Assembly (NCBI GenBank): GCA_963708075.1
Contig: OY970194.1
Span: forward strand, 2,464,001-2,528,000
Source of the DNA: Sedimentisphaerales bacterium
GTDB lineage: Bacteria > Planctomycetota > Phycisphaerae > Sedimentisphaerales > Anaerobacaceae
DNA length: 64,000 nucleotides
Direction of reading: 5' to 3'
Shown here: positions 1 through 10,478 of the stretch, in pieces
Layout: every line of letters starts with the position of its first letter
Position numbering within the stretch: the first letter of the stretch is position 1
Notes under the pieces: model-generated
Databases searched by the model: none
What the model was told of the DNA's origin: nothing
The model's input: the letters and a program-made list of their open reading frames with translations, nothing else
Position numbers and translations under genes: made by a program

Positions 1-1232
1 TTGTCGAACTCGAATTGGATCCAGTTTGGCAACACGCCGGCGCTGATCCACATCTGCTTGCCGTCTATCGAGTGCTGATCGCTCGCATTCAGCCCGCCGC
101 CATTGACAGTGTTTTCCGGCCCCATGTCGGCCTGCGAGCTGGCCGCTGTAGCAGTCACGCCCTTGATCGGATAGGCAAACGGCTCGGCGGTGAAGGACCA
201 TATCTCGCCTTTGAAGACCGAGGCATCGGGCGTCGTATTGACCTCGTCGACTCGCCAGTAGTACGTCTTGCCATATTCGAGAAGATCGGCAGGCTCGAAC
301 GTGTTCGCGTCCCGGCCCGCGCCGGCCAGCACATTCAACGGACTGGCAACAGTTGCGGCGTCAACATCGTCTTTGCTGGTCCCAAGGTACACGTCATGTT
401 TCTGGCTGGGGAGTGCCGGTTTCCAGCTCAGGACAGGGTCGCGCGGGACATCCACAGCCCCGTCAGCCGGCCCCGGGTCCGAGGCGACAGGTTTTATTCC
501 AAGCAGGTACCTGATGGCATTGAGGAACATCTTCTTGCCGGCGTCATTGTAGTTGTAGGTCCCGTCGGAGACACCCGAGGTGCCGCCGCCCGAGAACAAC
601 AGTCGCTTGCCACCGGCTTTCTCGACTGAACCGGCGTAGAACTCCACTCCCGGCGCCCACTCGACAATCCAGGGCTGGCTGTTGTCCGCCCGCTTGGCGA
701 TCAACGTGCCATTACCAACGTCCGTGGTCGCTACGAAGGTGCAATTGGTCGTGAGGACGGCGACCTGGTTGTTCGCACCGAGCGACACGCCATCGAAAAT
801 AGGATGGGTGGGGAGCATCGCCTCCATCGTGGGCTGGGCAATGGCTGTGCTGCCTATGTTGATCCATTTCCAGCGAATGTTTTGGGCGATTTGGCCAACC
901 TGCAGCAGAATCGGGGTGGTAATGCCGTTCCACTGAGCAATCTCCGTGCCGTCGTCGTACTGTGCGCTGTCTGTATCGCGGCTGATGATGATGAGATCGG
1001 CCGCATTGAGGGCAGCGACTTTTGTCGCATCGAGTGTGCGGGCCTCCTTGTTACGGAAGGAAATATCGACCGTATACCCCTGTGCAATCAGCAGGTCGAT
1101 CCACGCCTGGTCGGCCGGAACGCCAGCGGCCGGCGTCTTGTTGTCCGACACCCAGACGATCGTGGCCCCGTCAGCCAGTGAGCCAACGCCAAGGGCCAAC
1201 GCCAATACCGAAAGAATCACTCTTCTGTACAT
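1..1232 (-). CDS. Secreted modular protein with discoidin (F5/8 type C)-like module, paralog of 1343-4672; 3' end outside window
   Basis: Hand translation from ATG 1232 (RBS AGAAGGAG): MYRRVILSVLALALGVGSLADG signal peptide ... YYWRVDEVN ... MGPENTVNG ... LPNWIQFEFD. Absent from the ORF track because it runs off the window. Confidence 0.85.
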   Translation of the reverse strand, partial: MYRRVILSVLALALGVGSLADGATIVWVSDNKTPAAGVPADQAWIDLLIAQGYTVDISFRNKEARTLDATKVAALNAADLIIISRDTDSAQYDDGTEIAQWNGITTPILLQVGQIAQNIRWKWINIGSTAIAQPTMEAMLPTHPIFDGVSLGANNQVAVLTTNCTFVATTDVGNGTLIAKRADNSQPWIVEWAPGVEFYAGSVEKAGGKRLLFSGGGTSGVSDGTYNYNDAGKKMFLNAIRYLLGIKPVASDPGPADGAVDVPRDPVLSWKPALPSQKHDVYLGTSKDDVDAATVASPLNVLAGAGRDANTFEPADLLEYGKTYYWRVDEVNTTPDASVFKGEIWSFTAEPFAYPIKGVTATAASSQADMGPENTVNGGGLNASDQHSIDGKQMWISAGVLPNWIQFEFD

Positions 1233-1342
1233 CTTTGTTTCTCCTTCTCAGTTCTCTGTTGAGGGTCTGCGTCACGCGAACGCAGGCCCCGGTTGATGCT
1301 CGTGCCTCGATGGCCCGTGGCGCCATGAACCGGGTCCCGGCC

Positions 1343-4300
1343 TCAGAGCGGCTTGGCCACCGGCGTGGTCTGGCCCGCGAGCCACAGGATTTCTTCTTCG
1401 GACAGCGCTTTGTTGTAGACGCGCACGTCGTCAATCAGGCCATTGAACAGCTTGTACAGGCTGCCGTCAGCGTGGTTGGTGATCGCTCCGATATAGGCAT
1501 TGTGTTGAGATGTGCCGGAGAGATTGTAGTCGGCAGCGGCAGTGCTGGTAGCTTCCAGTCGCCCGTCGATGAATATCCGCAGGACCGTGCCCTGCCTTTG
1601 ACCGGCAACGAAATGCCACTGGTCATCATTGGTCACACTCGTGGAGTCCGTCACGATTTTGGTCACATCGTCATCGCAGACCAGAGTGACCACTCCCGAG
1701 GTGGTTTCACTCATGGTCAACGCATAGCGCTTTCCACCGGTACTGTCTCCACCCTTGCCATAGATGGTTCCCTTGTTCGCATCTCCGGTACCGGTCATGG
1801 CGGTCTTGAACCAGGCCGTCACGGTCCAGTCCCCGGTGCCGAAGTCGAGGGACGGAGGATTGCCGAGGTCCACATAGCCAACCTGACTGAGCTGAAGAGC
1901 GGACCCTCCATCGGGTCTGCCGGAGTTGACCAACTGCGACTGCCTGATGGTTCCGTTCAATCCGTGGCCGGACGTGTCGTTGACGTTGCCTTCAAAGGCA
2001 TAGAGAGCCAGCAGATTCGTTTTGCCCGGATCTGTCGGTGTAATGTACTCCGCGGTCTTGGGATACAGCCGGATGTCGTCGATGTACACGATGCCTTTGG
2101 AACCGGAACCCTCGATGCCAATCGTCAACTTCGTCACGTTGCTCAGAGTGCCGCCGACGGTGGACAAATCGATGTTCCAGGGCAGCCACGCTGTTTTCGC
2201 GATGTCGCCCGTACCGCCGTTGTACGGCACCTTGGTGCTATTGATCTTCACGTACAATTGTCCGCCATTGCCGGCCGCACCCCGGATATAGAGTGAAAGG
2301 CTCTTGATCCCACCGGCGGTCCAGTTCTGAGGTGTATCGAAAGTCCGCGTGGTTTCGGAATAGGAAGGCGCGGCCGTGTTGTCATATTGCAGAGGCATGG
2401 ACTGTCTGCCGCCGTGAACAATCGTCTTCTCCATGATGTCCCCGGCCAGGGGGTCATAACCAACCGTGGCGCCGGTGCTATTGCCCGGATTGCCTTTCGG
2501 GAAGAACTCGTCTTCCGAGAAGCCCCAGCCATCGACCCAGGTCTGGAAGACCCGCTTTGGCGAGTCGTTCGTGTACCTCTCAAAATCGTCGATGACCGCG
2601 TACGGTTTCGTGGTGAGCTGCCACACCGGTCCTTCCCACGAGCCGGGCGTCGCAGCCTCGTTGACCTCGACAACCTTCCAGTAGTAAGTCGTTGCGAAAT
2701 TCAGCGATGCAACATCAAGACCGGGCTCAGTGACAGTGCCGGCGAGGGCCGTACCATCGACCACGGCCTGCTTGTCGCTGCTGAAATACACCTTGTGGGA
2801 GACGGCCCCTCGTCCCGGTAGCCAGCTCAGAGCGACCTCCAGCTCCTGATCGGTCGCGCCATCGGCCGGTTGCGGCCGTCTCGCATGGACGGGGATGTAG
2901 GAGAACCGGACCTCGCTCAAACCGCTGTAAGCCGACCCGCCCCACGTGCTGTTGATGGTCAGCTTGACGTACTTTGCGAACACGCCGCCGAAATCAACGA
3001 CGGTATCGTGAACGTAGGCAGGCGAGCCGCTCGCGCGAGTGAACGCGGGTACGCCGGTCAGCGGAGTCCACGTGTTGCCATCGGCGGAATACTCGATGGC
3101 GACATCTTTGGCTCCGAAGCCGATGATGCCCTCCAAGGTTTGGTTGGAGTTCCAGACCCATAGCTCGTGCAGCTTGTAGCCCTTGTCGAACTCGAACTGG
3201 ATCCAGTTGGGCAGCGCGCCCGCACTGAGCCACATCTGCTTGCCGTCTGTCGAGTGCGCGTCGCTCGGATCCAGGCCCGAGCCGTTGACGGTGTTCTCCG
3301 GCCCCATGCCGGTTTGCAGGCTGGAGGCCGTGGCGACGACATTCCCAATCGGCACGCCGACCGGCTCGGTCGTGAAACTCCAGACGTCGCCCTTGTAGAT
3401 CGCCGAGCTTGGCGGAGCATTCACTTCATCGATCCGCCAGTAATAGGTCGTGCCCAACTGTAGAACACCGGCGGGATCGTACGTGTTTGCATCCTGGCTC
3501 TGGCTGACCAGCACGCCCAGCGGATTACTCCTGCCGGCGGCGCTGACATCTTCGAAAACGGTGCCAAGGTACACATCGTGCTTGCCGGCGAACTGGCCCG
3601 CCTTCCAGCTAAGGACCGTCCCACTGTAGACATCGATTGCCTCGTCAGCCGGATTGGGCCCTGAAGCGAGACCCGGCTTGACAGTCGAAACCGGCTGGTG
3701 CAGTCCGGCCTTGTAGCCGAAGAAGTCCACGTCCTGTGAACCGGCAATGTCCGTCCGGCCAAGACTCATCAGGAGGTAGGCGCTCCATGTGGTCGGAGCC
3801 TGGTTCTTGTTGCCCGCGGTCACATGGAAGATCCGCGGATTCGCCACGTCGCCGTCCATCCAGATGGTGACTTTGTGGGTACCGCCTCCGGAGGTGTCTT
3901 TGACGATCTGAATCCAGAACTCGTGCCACTGCGTGGGGTCGAATCCCGTCAGGGTGTTCTCGGTCCCCCCGGCGTCGTAGGAGTCCACAGTGCCACTGAC
4001 CGCCGTGCCATTCTTCTTGTTCATCGTCAGGCCGTTTCCGGAGATGTCGCCCTCGTCGCCGTCCATAGCCAGCGAGAAACTGATGACGCCCATGCCGGAT
4101 GTTCCCTGTTTGATGCCAAACGCCCCGTAACCATCGTCGTGGATGTTGTACCCGCTGGTGACCCACGTTTGGGGTCCGCCGCCGCCATTAGCACAGAGCG
4201 GATCCAGAGGAGGCGTCGTAGGAATGCGGCCACGGAAGCTCAGGGTAACGCCGTCGTCGAGAATTGTCGTCGGCGTGGGCGTTTCGCTGGTGATATTGTG

Positions 4301-4672
4301 CAGGAAGGTCAGTTTTCGGTTGCTCGGATCGGCCCACCCGCTGTCAACGGGGTCTCCCGGATCCTGAATCCGCAAGAAGCTCGTGGCATCCTCCGCGAAG
4401 ACACCGGCGCCGCCGGGGCTGGGTTTGGTCGGCGATGCCCCCATCTGACCCGGGGCCGAGCCATCCCAAGCGTCCGATCCGCCCGTGCTGGCGTCATAGT
4501 GATGCCATTTTCCATCCAGGGCTGCGTCAAACTGCGTCGCGCACTGGTCACCCGTGTAGATGTATGCCCATCCACCGACCGGGTCTGCATAGGTGACGCC
4601 GGCTTGTGCTGTGCCTGTGATCAGGCCGACCGCCAGCACAAGAGACGCCCCCAAAATCAGTCTTCTACCCAT
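1343..4672 (-). CDS. Large secreted modular protein: unique N-terminal domain, Ig/FnIII-like YYW modules, discoidin (F5/8C) domain, C-terminal LamG-like jellyroll
   Basis: 1109 aa; signal peptide; YYWRIDEVN and YYWKVVEVN modules; WIQFEFD...VWNSNQ...GLSEVRF discoidin; WHFVAG...FNGLIDDVRVYNKALS LamG motifs. Confidence 0.85.
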   Translation of the reverse strand: MGRRLILGASLVLAVGLITGTAQAGVTYADPVGGWAYIYTGDQCATQFDAALDGKWHHYDASTGGSDAWDGSAPGQMGASPTKPSPGGAGVFAEDATSFLRIQDPGDPVDSGWADPSNRKLTFLHNITSETPTPTTILDDGVTLSFRGRIPTTPPLDPLCANGGGGPQTWVTSGYNIHDDGYGAFGIKQGTSGMGVISFSLAMDGDEGDISGNGLTMNKKNGTAVSGTVDSYDAGGTENTLTGFDPTQWHEFWIQIVKDTSGGGTHKVTIWMDGDVANPRIFHVTAGNKNQAPTTWSAYLLMSLGRTDIAGSQDVDFFGYKAGLHQPVSTVKPGLASGPNPADEAIDVYSGTVLSWKAGQFAGKHDVYLGTVFEDVSAAGRSNPLGVLVSQSQDANTYDPAGVLQLGTTYYWRIDEVNAPPSSAIYKGDVWSFTTEPVGVPIGNVVATASSLQTGMGPENTVNGSGLDPSDAHSTDGKQMWLSAGALPNWIQFEFDKGYKLHELWVWNSNQTLEGIIGFGAKDVAIEYSADGNTWTPLTGVPAFTRASGSPAYVHDTVVDFGGVFAKYVKLTINSTWGGSAYSGLSEVRFSYIPVHARRPQPADGATDQELEVALSWLPGRGAVSHKVYFSSDKQAVVDGTALAGTVTEPGLDVASLNFATTYYWKVVEVNEAATPGSWEGPVWQLTTKPYAVIDDFERYTNDSPKRVFQTWVDGWGFSEDEFFPKGNPGNSTGATVGYDPLAGDIMEKTIVHGGRQSMPLQYDNTAAPSYSETTRTFDTPQNWTAGGIKSLSLYIRGAAGNGGQLYVKINSTKVPYNGGTGDIAKTAWLPWNIDLSTVGGTLSNVTKLTIGIEGSGSKGIVYIDDIRLYPKTAEYITPTDPGKTNLLALYAFEGNVNDTSGHGLNGTIRQSQLVNSGRPDGGSALQLSQVGYVDLGNPPSLDFGTGDWTVTAWFKTAMTGTGDANKGTIYGKGGDSTGGKRYALTMSETTSGVVTLVCDDDVTKIVTDSTSVTNDDQWHFVAGQRQGTVLRIFIDGRLEATSTAAADYNLSGTSQHNAYIGAITNHADGSLYKLFNGLIDDVRVYNKALSEEEILWLAGQTTPVAKPL

Positions 4673-5231
4673 GGCAATCCTCCTTCTGGATCCAACGAGA
4701 AAACCCTATGGTCACAGTCCACCAAAGCGGACTATCTCATGCATACTTGGTTTTCGACCGCAATCCCCATGCACATCCACGCGTGCCTCCGCGATACCTC
4801 TGGAAATGTACCCTGGATGAGACAGCTCATCCGCCGATGAACACGGCCGCAGGGTTCCACTGCAGGGAATCGCTCTCGCCCCGCTGCAGACCAGGTATGG
4901 GGGGACGCATGTTATGGGTCCTGATGTCATCTCCTTCTCCGTCCGGTGTGATCTCAACAGACGTGGTGTAAACGGTACACATCCTCCATGCGCGCGTCAC
5001 AAACCCCGTTTATCGGGCCTGTTTCGCACATTCTGTGATCCCAGACCGATGAAAAATAGCTCTTTCGGCAATAAAAACCCACAGGTTCAGACGACACGTC
5101 AAGTATACCGCGCGGGAGCCATGAGGTCAACCACGGCTTGTGAAAAAAAGCTCTTATCGGACGAGACGGGAGGTGGTCGTTTTCGTGCCCGGAGGAGACA
5201 ATGAGCCCCCTTTCGGACTCGTCGTCGAGGG

Positions 5232-5891
5232 CTATTTGCCGCCGCGGAGGGGGAACGTGGCAGTGAGCCGCCGGCCGTCGGGGCACATGCAGGTGGCCTC
5301 GAGGACGTAGGTTTCATTCAGACCCGCAGGGGCATCGAGCTTGAACTCGTACGCCCGCAGGAAGTCAAGCCAATACCTGTTGTTCGTGGCGGGATGGGTC
5401 AGATCGATGTCCGGCCAGATGGCGAGCCTCTGTCCCTTGGGCTCGGCGGAACGGGGAACATACTGATATAGCTCAAAGCGTAGAACGCCCGGGGCCTTGA
5501 TCTGGCACCCAAAGGCATCCAGCAGGCCGACGTAGGCATTCAGAGTCACCGCCTGGCTGCTGCCGGTCGAGCTGGGCAGTTCCGTCAAGGGAAGGATGCA
5601 AATCCTGGCCGGGGCAAAACCGGTGGGCACGACCGGCGGCGGTGACTCGATGGGCTTTGCCTCGTCGCTACTCCCGGCCTGCTTCACCTCCGGCGCCGGC
5701 GGCTGCACGGCAGACGGGACATCCGCCTGTGACTGGCCGCAGCCGGAACACAAGAACGCAGACAGCAACAGCGCAGCTACCAAGCCCGGCCCATACATGC
5801 TTACGCAAGCGTAAGCATGACACCCGGCCTTCCGCAGCCCACATGCCGCCATCAAGTAATCCGCATTCCGCAATCTGCAATCCGCAATCAT
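5232..5891 (-). CDS. Hypothetical lipoprotein (alternative start 5798)
   Basis: Hydrophobic stretch LVAALLLSAFLCSGC ending in a lipobox-like SGC; ATG at 5891 directly follows the ribBA stop. Confidence 0.7.
   Translation of the reverse strand: MIADCRLRNADYLMAACGLRKAGCHAYACVSMYGPGLVAALLLSAFLCSGCGQSQADVPSAVQPPAPEVKQAGSSDEAKPIESPPPVVPTGFAPARICILPLTELPSSTGSSQAVTLNAYVGLLDAFGCQIKAPGVLRFELYQYVPRSAEPKGQRLAIWPDIDLTHPATNNRYWLDFLRAYEFKLDAPAGLNETYVLEATCMCPDGRRLTATFPLRGGK
5796..5825. repeat. REP-like perfect hairpin CATGCTTACGC-AA-GCGTAAGCATG plus ACACCC
   Basis: 11-bp perfect inverted repeat; minus strand begins GGGTGTCA, similar to the GGGTGGCA end of other repeats in the window. Confidence 0.6.
5858..5889. 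repeat. Heptamer tandem repeat (AATCCGC)x4.5
   Basis: AATCCGC ATTCCGC AATCTGC AATCCGC AATC. Confidence 0.8.
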
Positions 5892-7148
5892 TTACAGGTC
5901 GCCATCGAGCACGTGCCCGAGCCGCTGCTTCTTCGTGCGCAGGTAGTCAATATTGTGTTCGCACGGCTTGGCCTGCAAGGAAATCTGCTCGACAACCTTG
6001 ATGCCGTAGACCTCCAGCCGGCTGATTTTCTTCGGGTTATTGGTCAGGATGTTCACGTTTCGCAGGCCCAGGTCGCGGCAAATCTGCGCACCGATGCCAT
6101 AGTCTCGCCGGTCCGGGGCAAAGCCCAGCTTGACGTTGGCGTCCACCGTGTCGAGGCCCTGCTCCTGAAGCTTGTATGCGCGGAGCTTGTTGGATAGCCC
6201 GATGCCCCTGCCCTCCTGGCGCAGGTAGATCAGGGCCCCCTTGCCCTGCTGCTCGATCATCTTCATGGCCGTGATAAGCTGATAACCGCACTCACATCGC
6301 TGCGAATGGAACAGGTCGCCCGTCATGCACTCGGAATGAACTCGTACAAGGATTGGCTCGGGATGCTCGATAGGCACGCCTGTGGCGTCGAGATCTCCCA
6401 CGCCGCCCTTGCACAAGGCCAGATGCGGCTCCGGCGAGGTAACGCTCTCATAGGCAATCAGCTTGAACTCGCCGTAATCCGTGGGCAGATTGACGCACTC
6501 GATCCGCTTGATCTGGCGCTCCCGCTGGAGCCGATACTCCACGAGTTTCGAGATCGAAGTGATCTTCATGTCATGCTGCTTGCAGAAGGCCAGCAGTTCC
6601 GGCACGCGAGCCATGGAACCATCCTCGTTCATCACCTCGCAGATGACTGCCGCCGGCTTCAGGCCCGCCAGGCGAGCCAGGTCGATCCCCCCTTCCGTCT
6701 GGCCGGCTCGGATCAGAACCCCCCCATCCCGGGCCCGCAGAGGAAACACGTGGCCCGGGCGAGCCAGGTCCCTGGCCTTGGTGTTATCGGCGATAGCCAC
6801 CCGAATCGTGTGCGAGCGGTCTGCAGCACAGATGCCCGTGCTGATCCCCTCGGCCGCATCGATACTGACTGTAAACGCCGTTCCGAAGCGGGCCGTGTTG
6901 TCGATGGTCTGTGGGTACAGCCCCAGCGCGTCGCATCGCTCCGAGGTCATCGGCAGGCAGATCAAACCCCGGCCGAATCGCGCCATGAAGTTGACGATCT
7001 CCGGCGTAACCTTCTCCGCCGCGCAGACCAGATCCCCTTCATTTTCACGGTCTTCCGCATCCACCAGGATGATCATCTTGCCCTGCCGGAGGTCTTCCAG
7101 CACCGCCGGGATGTCGCTGAACTGCTGTGTTGTATCTTCTTTTTGCAT
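5892..7148 (-). CDS. ribBA: Bifunctional DHBP synthase / GTP cyclohydrolase II
   Basis: DRENEGDL, RPGHVFPL, RAGQTEG, VRVHSECMTGDLFHSQRCECG, RQEGRGIGL, LTNNPKK motifs. Confidence 0.97.
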   Translation of the reverse strand: MQKEDTTQQFSDIPAVLEDLRQGKMIILVDAEDRENEGDLVCAAEKVTPEIVNFMARFGRGLICLPMTSERCDALGLYPQTIDNTARFGTAFTVSIDAAEGISTGICAADRSHTIRVAIADNTKARDLARPGHVFPLRARDGGVLIRAGQTEGGIDLARLAGLKPAAVICEVMNEDGSMARVPELLAFCKQHDMKITSISKLVEYRLQRERQIKRIECVNLPTDYGEFKLIAYESVTSPEPHLALCKGGVGDLDATGVPIEHPEPILVRVHSECMTGDLFHSQRCECGYQLITAMKMIEQQGKGALIYLRQEGRGIGLSNKLRAYKLQEQGLDTVDANVKLGFAPDRRDYGIGAQICRDLGLRNVNILTNNPKKISRLEVYGIKVVEQISLQAKPCEHNIDYLRTKKQRLGHVLDGDL

Positions 7149-7348
7149 ACTGCACCTATCGCTTTGCAGAGGGTCCTGCCGGACATCCGCCTGCCAACCA
7201 CCACCTCATGATATATTGCGCGTCGCCCCCAAGCGTAACAGCGCTGCGACGGATCCACGCGGTCGGCCGCACGCTTGTTTCTGGTCCGGAACACAGAAGG
7301 CGAGGACCGGCCTACCCGAACGCGCAAATCCGCCCGCAGTCCCCTCTC

Positions 7349-8071
7349 TTATTTGCGGGCCTTGTCGGACCCAGCGGCACCGGAGTTCGCCGCGTGGGTT
7401 CGCTCAAACTGCTCAATATAGCGGCTGCCGTTGCGAATGTAAATAAGCGCGGCGAGAACCGCCGCCCCGGCGGCTGCCCACCACAGTATCTGCACGAACC
7501 AGCGGTACGGCGGAAAGACATGCGACAGCTCCGGCGCCACGAGAACCGCCGTCACCATCACAAGCTGCAGAGCGGTCGCCAGCTTGCCCGCGAACACCGG
7601 TACGACGTGAGTCTGGGATGTGATCAGGTATAAAATGATAAAACCAATTGTGATGAGTACATCCTTGCCGATGATCAGGACCACCACCGTTACCGGCAGG
7701 AGGAATCCCTCCACATAACCTCTCTCCGAGACAAGCAATAGCGAGGCCGATGTGATCAGGAGCTTGTCGGCCAAAGGATCGAGGAACGTGCCCAGCCTGG
7801 TGATTTGCTTTCGGTGCCGAGCCCAATAGCCATCCACCGCATCGCTGACCGCCATCAGCACGAAGAGCGCGATAGCGGCGTATCGCAGGAGGTTCTGGGA
7901 GGCTTGGTCAAGCTGCGGGTCATGCGTGCTGAGCATGCAATCCACGAAAGGCACGATCAGCAGGATGCGAACGAGCGTGATCCGCGTCGGCCAGCTCAGG
8001 CGGTAGGTGCTCCTGTGCCGGAACAGGTCCACCAGATAGTGCAGATCCTTCTTTTGTTCCCTGTCGTCCAT
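7349..8071 (-). CDS. CDP-alcohol phosphatidyltransferase (PgsA-like)
   Basis: DAVDGYWAR...ITRLGTFLDPLADK motif; several TM helices; start taken at MDDREQ. Confidence 0.9.
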   Translation of the reverse strand: MDDREQKKDLHYLVDLFRHRSTYRLSWPTRITLVRILLIVPFVDCMLSTHDPQLDQASQNLLRYAAIALFVLMAVSDAVDGYWARHRKQITRLGTFLDPLADKLLITSASLLLVSERGYVEGFLLPVTVVVLIIGKDVLITIGFIILYLITSQTHVVPVFAGKLATALQLVMVTAVLVAPELSHVFPPYRWFVQILWWAAAGAAVLAALIYIRNGSRYIEQFERTHAANSGAAGSDKARK

Positions 8072-8221
8072 ATCCGATCCCCGGCCGCGACACATCGTCT
8101 CCGTCATTGCATCTGCCGCAGGCGGTGCTATACTAAGGGATGTCGCCGGCACTGGCAATGGGGATTCCCCGCATGCCGCAGCCGCGACATATATGTGACA
8201 GAGATGGCGGAGCGAACGCTC

Positions 8222-9202
8222 ATGTCCTCGAAAACCCGATTGGCGCAGGCCTATTACGATCTGGCGGTGATGCTCGATGCAGGCATGCCGATCCTGCGGT
8301 CGCTCGATATCATGATTCAGGGCCGTACGGGCCAGCTCAAGCAGGTATTCTCGCGGATCCGGGAATCACTGTCGAAGGGGTCGAGCCTGGCCGAAGCGAT
8401 GGGCAAGCACCGTAACGTCTTTCCCGACATGGACCGGATGCTCATCGAGGCCGCTGAGACCGCCGGCTCGCTGAACGACTCCTTCAAAATGCTCTCCCAA
8501 TGGCACGAGTTCCTCCATCGCATCACCCGGCGTATTCGGATGGGACTGATCTATCCTCTGCTCATCTTGCACATCGGGGCGTTTGTCTACGGATTTCCCA
8601 ACTTCATTCTGGGCAAAATGACGAATTGGGCCTACCTCAGCCAGGTGCTCCAGATCCTGCTGCTGTTCTACATTCCAGCGGCTATCGTGGTTTTGCTCAT
8701 GCGCCTGCGGGATCGGGTTTCGGGAATCGCGATCCCCTTCGACTTTCTCGCCCTGAGGATCCCCATCCTCGGCACGGCGATCTACCATCTGTCCATCTGC
8801 CGCTACGCCAAGGCGTTCGGCATGCTCTACAAGGCCGGTGTACCCATCAGCGAGACGACGGAACGCGCGACCCGGGCGACGGGCAACGTCGTTGTAGCCC
8901 GGATGTTCCAGGGAGGATTCGCCAGTGTCCGCCAGGGTGGTATGGCCTGGGAAGGATTCTCCAAGCGGCTGCCACCCGAGTATCTGCAACTCTGGCAAAT
9001 TGGAGAGGAGTCCGGGGAATTGGACAAGACCGTGGACAAGATCGCCGAGATTTCCGGCGATCGCGCCGATCTATGGTTCACCCAATTCGCCTTCTGGATG
9101 CCGTGGTTTGTCTATGTGTTCATTGCCGGGATCATGGTCGTAATGATCTTCAAGTTGTTCTCCCAGGTGTACGGCCCCATCCTCAATGAGCTGCCGGTCT
9201 AG
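8222..9202 (+). CDS. Type II secretion / type IV pilus inner-membrane platform protein (GspF/PilC family)
   Basis: Two GspF-like repeats (MLDAGMPILRSL...AAETAGSL; LYKAGVPI...IGEESGELD) with TM segments. Confidence 0.88.
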   Translation: MSSKTRLAQAYYDLAVMLDAGMPILRSLDIMIQGRTGQLKQVFSRIRESLSKGSSLAEAMGKHRNVFPDMDRMLIEAAETAGSLNDSFKMLSQWHEFLHRITRRIRMGLIYPLLILHIGAFVYGFPNFILGKMTNWAYLSQVLQILLLFYIPAAIVVLLMRLRDRVSGIAIPFDFLALRIPILGTAIYHLSICRYAKAFGMLYKAGVPISETTERATRATGNVVVARMFQGGFASVRQGGMAWEGFSKRLPPEYLQLWQIGEESGELDKTVDKIAEISGDRADLWFTQFAFWMPWFVYVFIAGIMVVMIFKLFSQVYGPILNELPV

Positions 9203-9566
9203 TGATGACGACCGCGGCGCCGTCGGGCACGTTCCACAATGCGTCCAGCTTCCCTTCGATCCGCCCGACGATGTTGACGTCGGAGGCGGCGCGAATCTCA
9301 TTGCCGTCGGAGGCCGGCGTCGGCCCGAAGAAGATGCACAAGGCCGTCCCCGGCGGCCAGTAGCCGATCTCCCCCGCTTCCAGGACATCGCGGGCACCGC
9401 TTTCCAGGCCCACCCTGACCGGGATAGAGAAATAGATCTCCCCGCCCCAGCGGTTCGCCTCGCCGGTGATGGGCAGCGCGTCCTCGATGGCTCGGGCCGT
9501 CGCCGTATCGTTCAGCACCGCGTGAAACTCGACGCCGCCCGCATCGATGCATACTCGCTCTTGCAT
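9183..9566 (-). CDS. Cyclophilin-like fold protein (DUF369-like)
   Basis: ALPI...NRWGGEIYF...GEIGYWPPGTALCIFFGPTP in the C-terminal part of ORF 9183-10376. Confidence 0.85.
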   Translation of the reverse strand: MQERVCIDAGGVEFHAVLNDTATARAIEDALPITGEANRWGGEIYFSIPVRVGLESGARDVLEAGEIGYWPPGTALCIFFGPTPASDGNEIRAASDVNIVGRIEGKLDALWNVPDGAAVVITRPAAH

Positions 9567-9734
9567 TGCACAATCCTCCCATAGAGGGCGCCACTCGCCG
9601 CGACCAGGCCTGTGGCAAGCAGTGTGGACTCTCGTTAAGCCGTACAATTTGAATTCTTCCGTATTTTGTGTCGTTATGCACTTGATGTAAAGAAGGTCAT
9701 TGATACAATTCACGCGACTTAGTGAGGATGATCG

Positions 9735-10469
9735 ATGGCTGTTCTGAATGTCAATATAGATCACGTGGCAACGATCCGGCAGGCTCGGCGCACGGATGAG
9801 CCGGACCCGGCGTGGGCGGCCGTGCAGTGCGAGCTCGCCGGCGCCAACGGAATCACGGTGCACCTGCGTCAGGACCGCCGGCACATCAACGACCGGGATG
9901 TGCGAGTTCTCAAGGAGACCGTCGCCTGCAAGCTCAACCTGGAGATGTCCATGGCCGAGCCGATCGTCAAGATCGCGGAGCAGGTCCGGCCTGACCAGGT
10001 GACGCTCGTGCCGGAGAACCGGGCCGAGCTGACCACCGAGGGCGGCCTGGACTGCGCCCAGTACAAGCGAAGGCTCGTCGAGGTCGTCAAGCGGATGCAC
10101 AGACGAGGCATCCTCGTCAGTGCGTTTATCACGCCGGACATGGAGCAGATCGCCGCCTCCGCCGAGACCGGCTGCGATGCCGTCGAGCTGCACACGGGCA
10201 TGTATGCGAACGCAACCAGCGCCAGGGCCGTAAATAGGTGTTTGGCGAACCTGGAAGCCGGCCGGGATTACGCGATGGAACGCAAGCTCATCGTTCACGC
10301 CGGTCACGGCCTGACGTACCGAAATATCGCGGCCGTCGCCCGAATCCGCGGACTTTGCGAGTTCAACATCGGCCATAGCATCGTAGCCCGTGCCGTGCTC
10401 GTCGGAATCCGCCAGGCCACAGAGCAGATGATCGAATTGATCGAAAAGTATGGGGAATATCGGGATTGA
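9735..10469 (+). CDS. pdxJ: Pyridoxine 5'-phosphate synthase
   Basis: LNVNIDHVATIRQAR, GITVHLRQDRRHI, ELTTEGGLD, HAGHGLTY, NIGHSI. Confidence 0.97.
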   Translation: MAVLNVNIDHVATIRQARRTDEPDPAWAAVQCELAGANGITVHLRQDRRHINDRDVRVLKETVACKLNLEMSMAEPIVKIAEQVRPDQVTLVPENRAELTTEGGLDCAQYKRRLVEVVKRMHRRGILVSAFITPDMEQIAASAETGCDAVELHTGMYANATSARAVNRCLANLEAGRDYAMERKLIVHAGHGLTYRNIAAVARIRGLCEFNIGHSIVARAVLVGIRQATEQMIELIEKYGEYRD

Positions 10470-10478
10470 AGATTTACC

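Noticed and set aside
7149..7348. FMN riboswitch upstream of ribBA
   Set aside because: Conserved RFN core motifs are not visible.
8968..8977. GCTGCCACCC match to the REP end inside the GspF gene
   Set aside because: Only about 10 bp match with no hairpin arm; compatible with chance.
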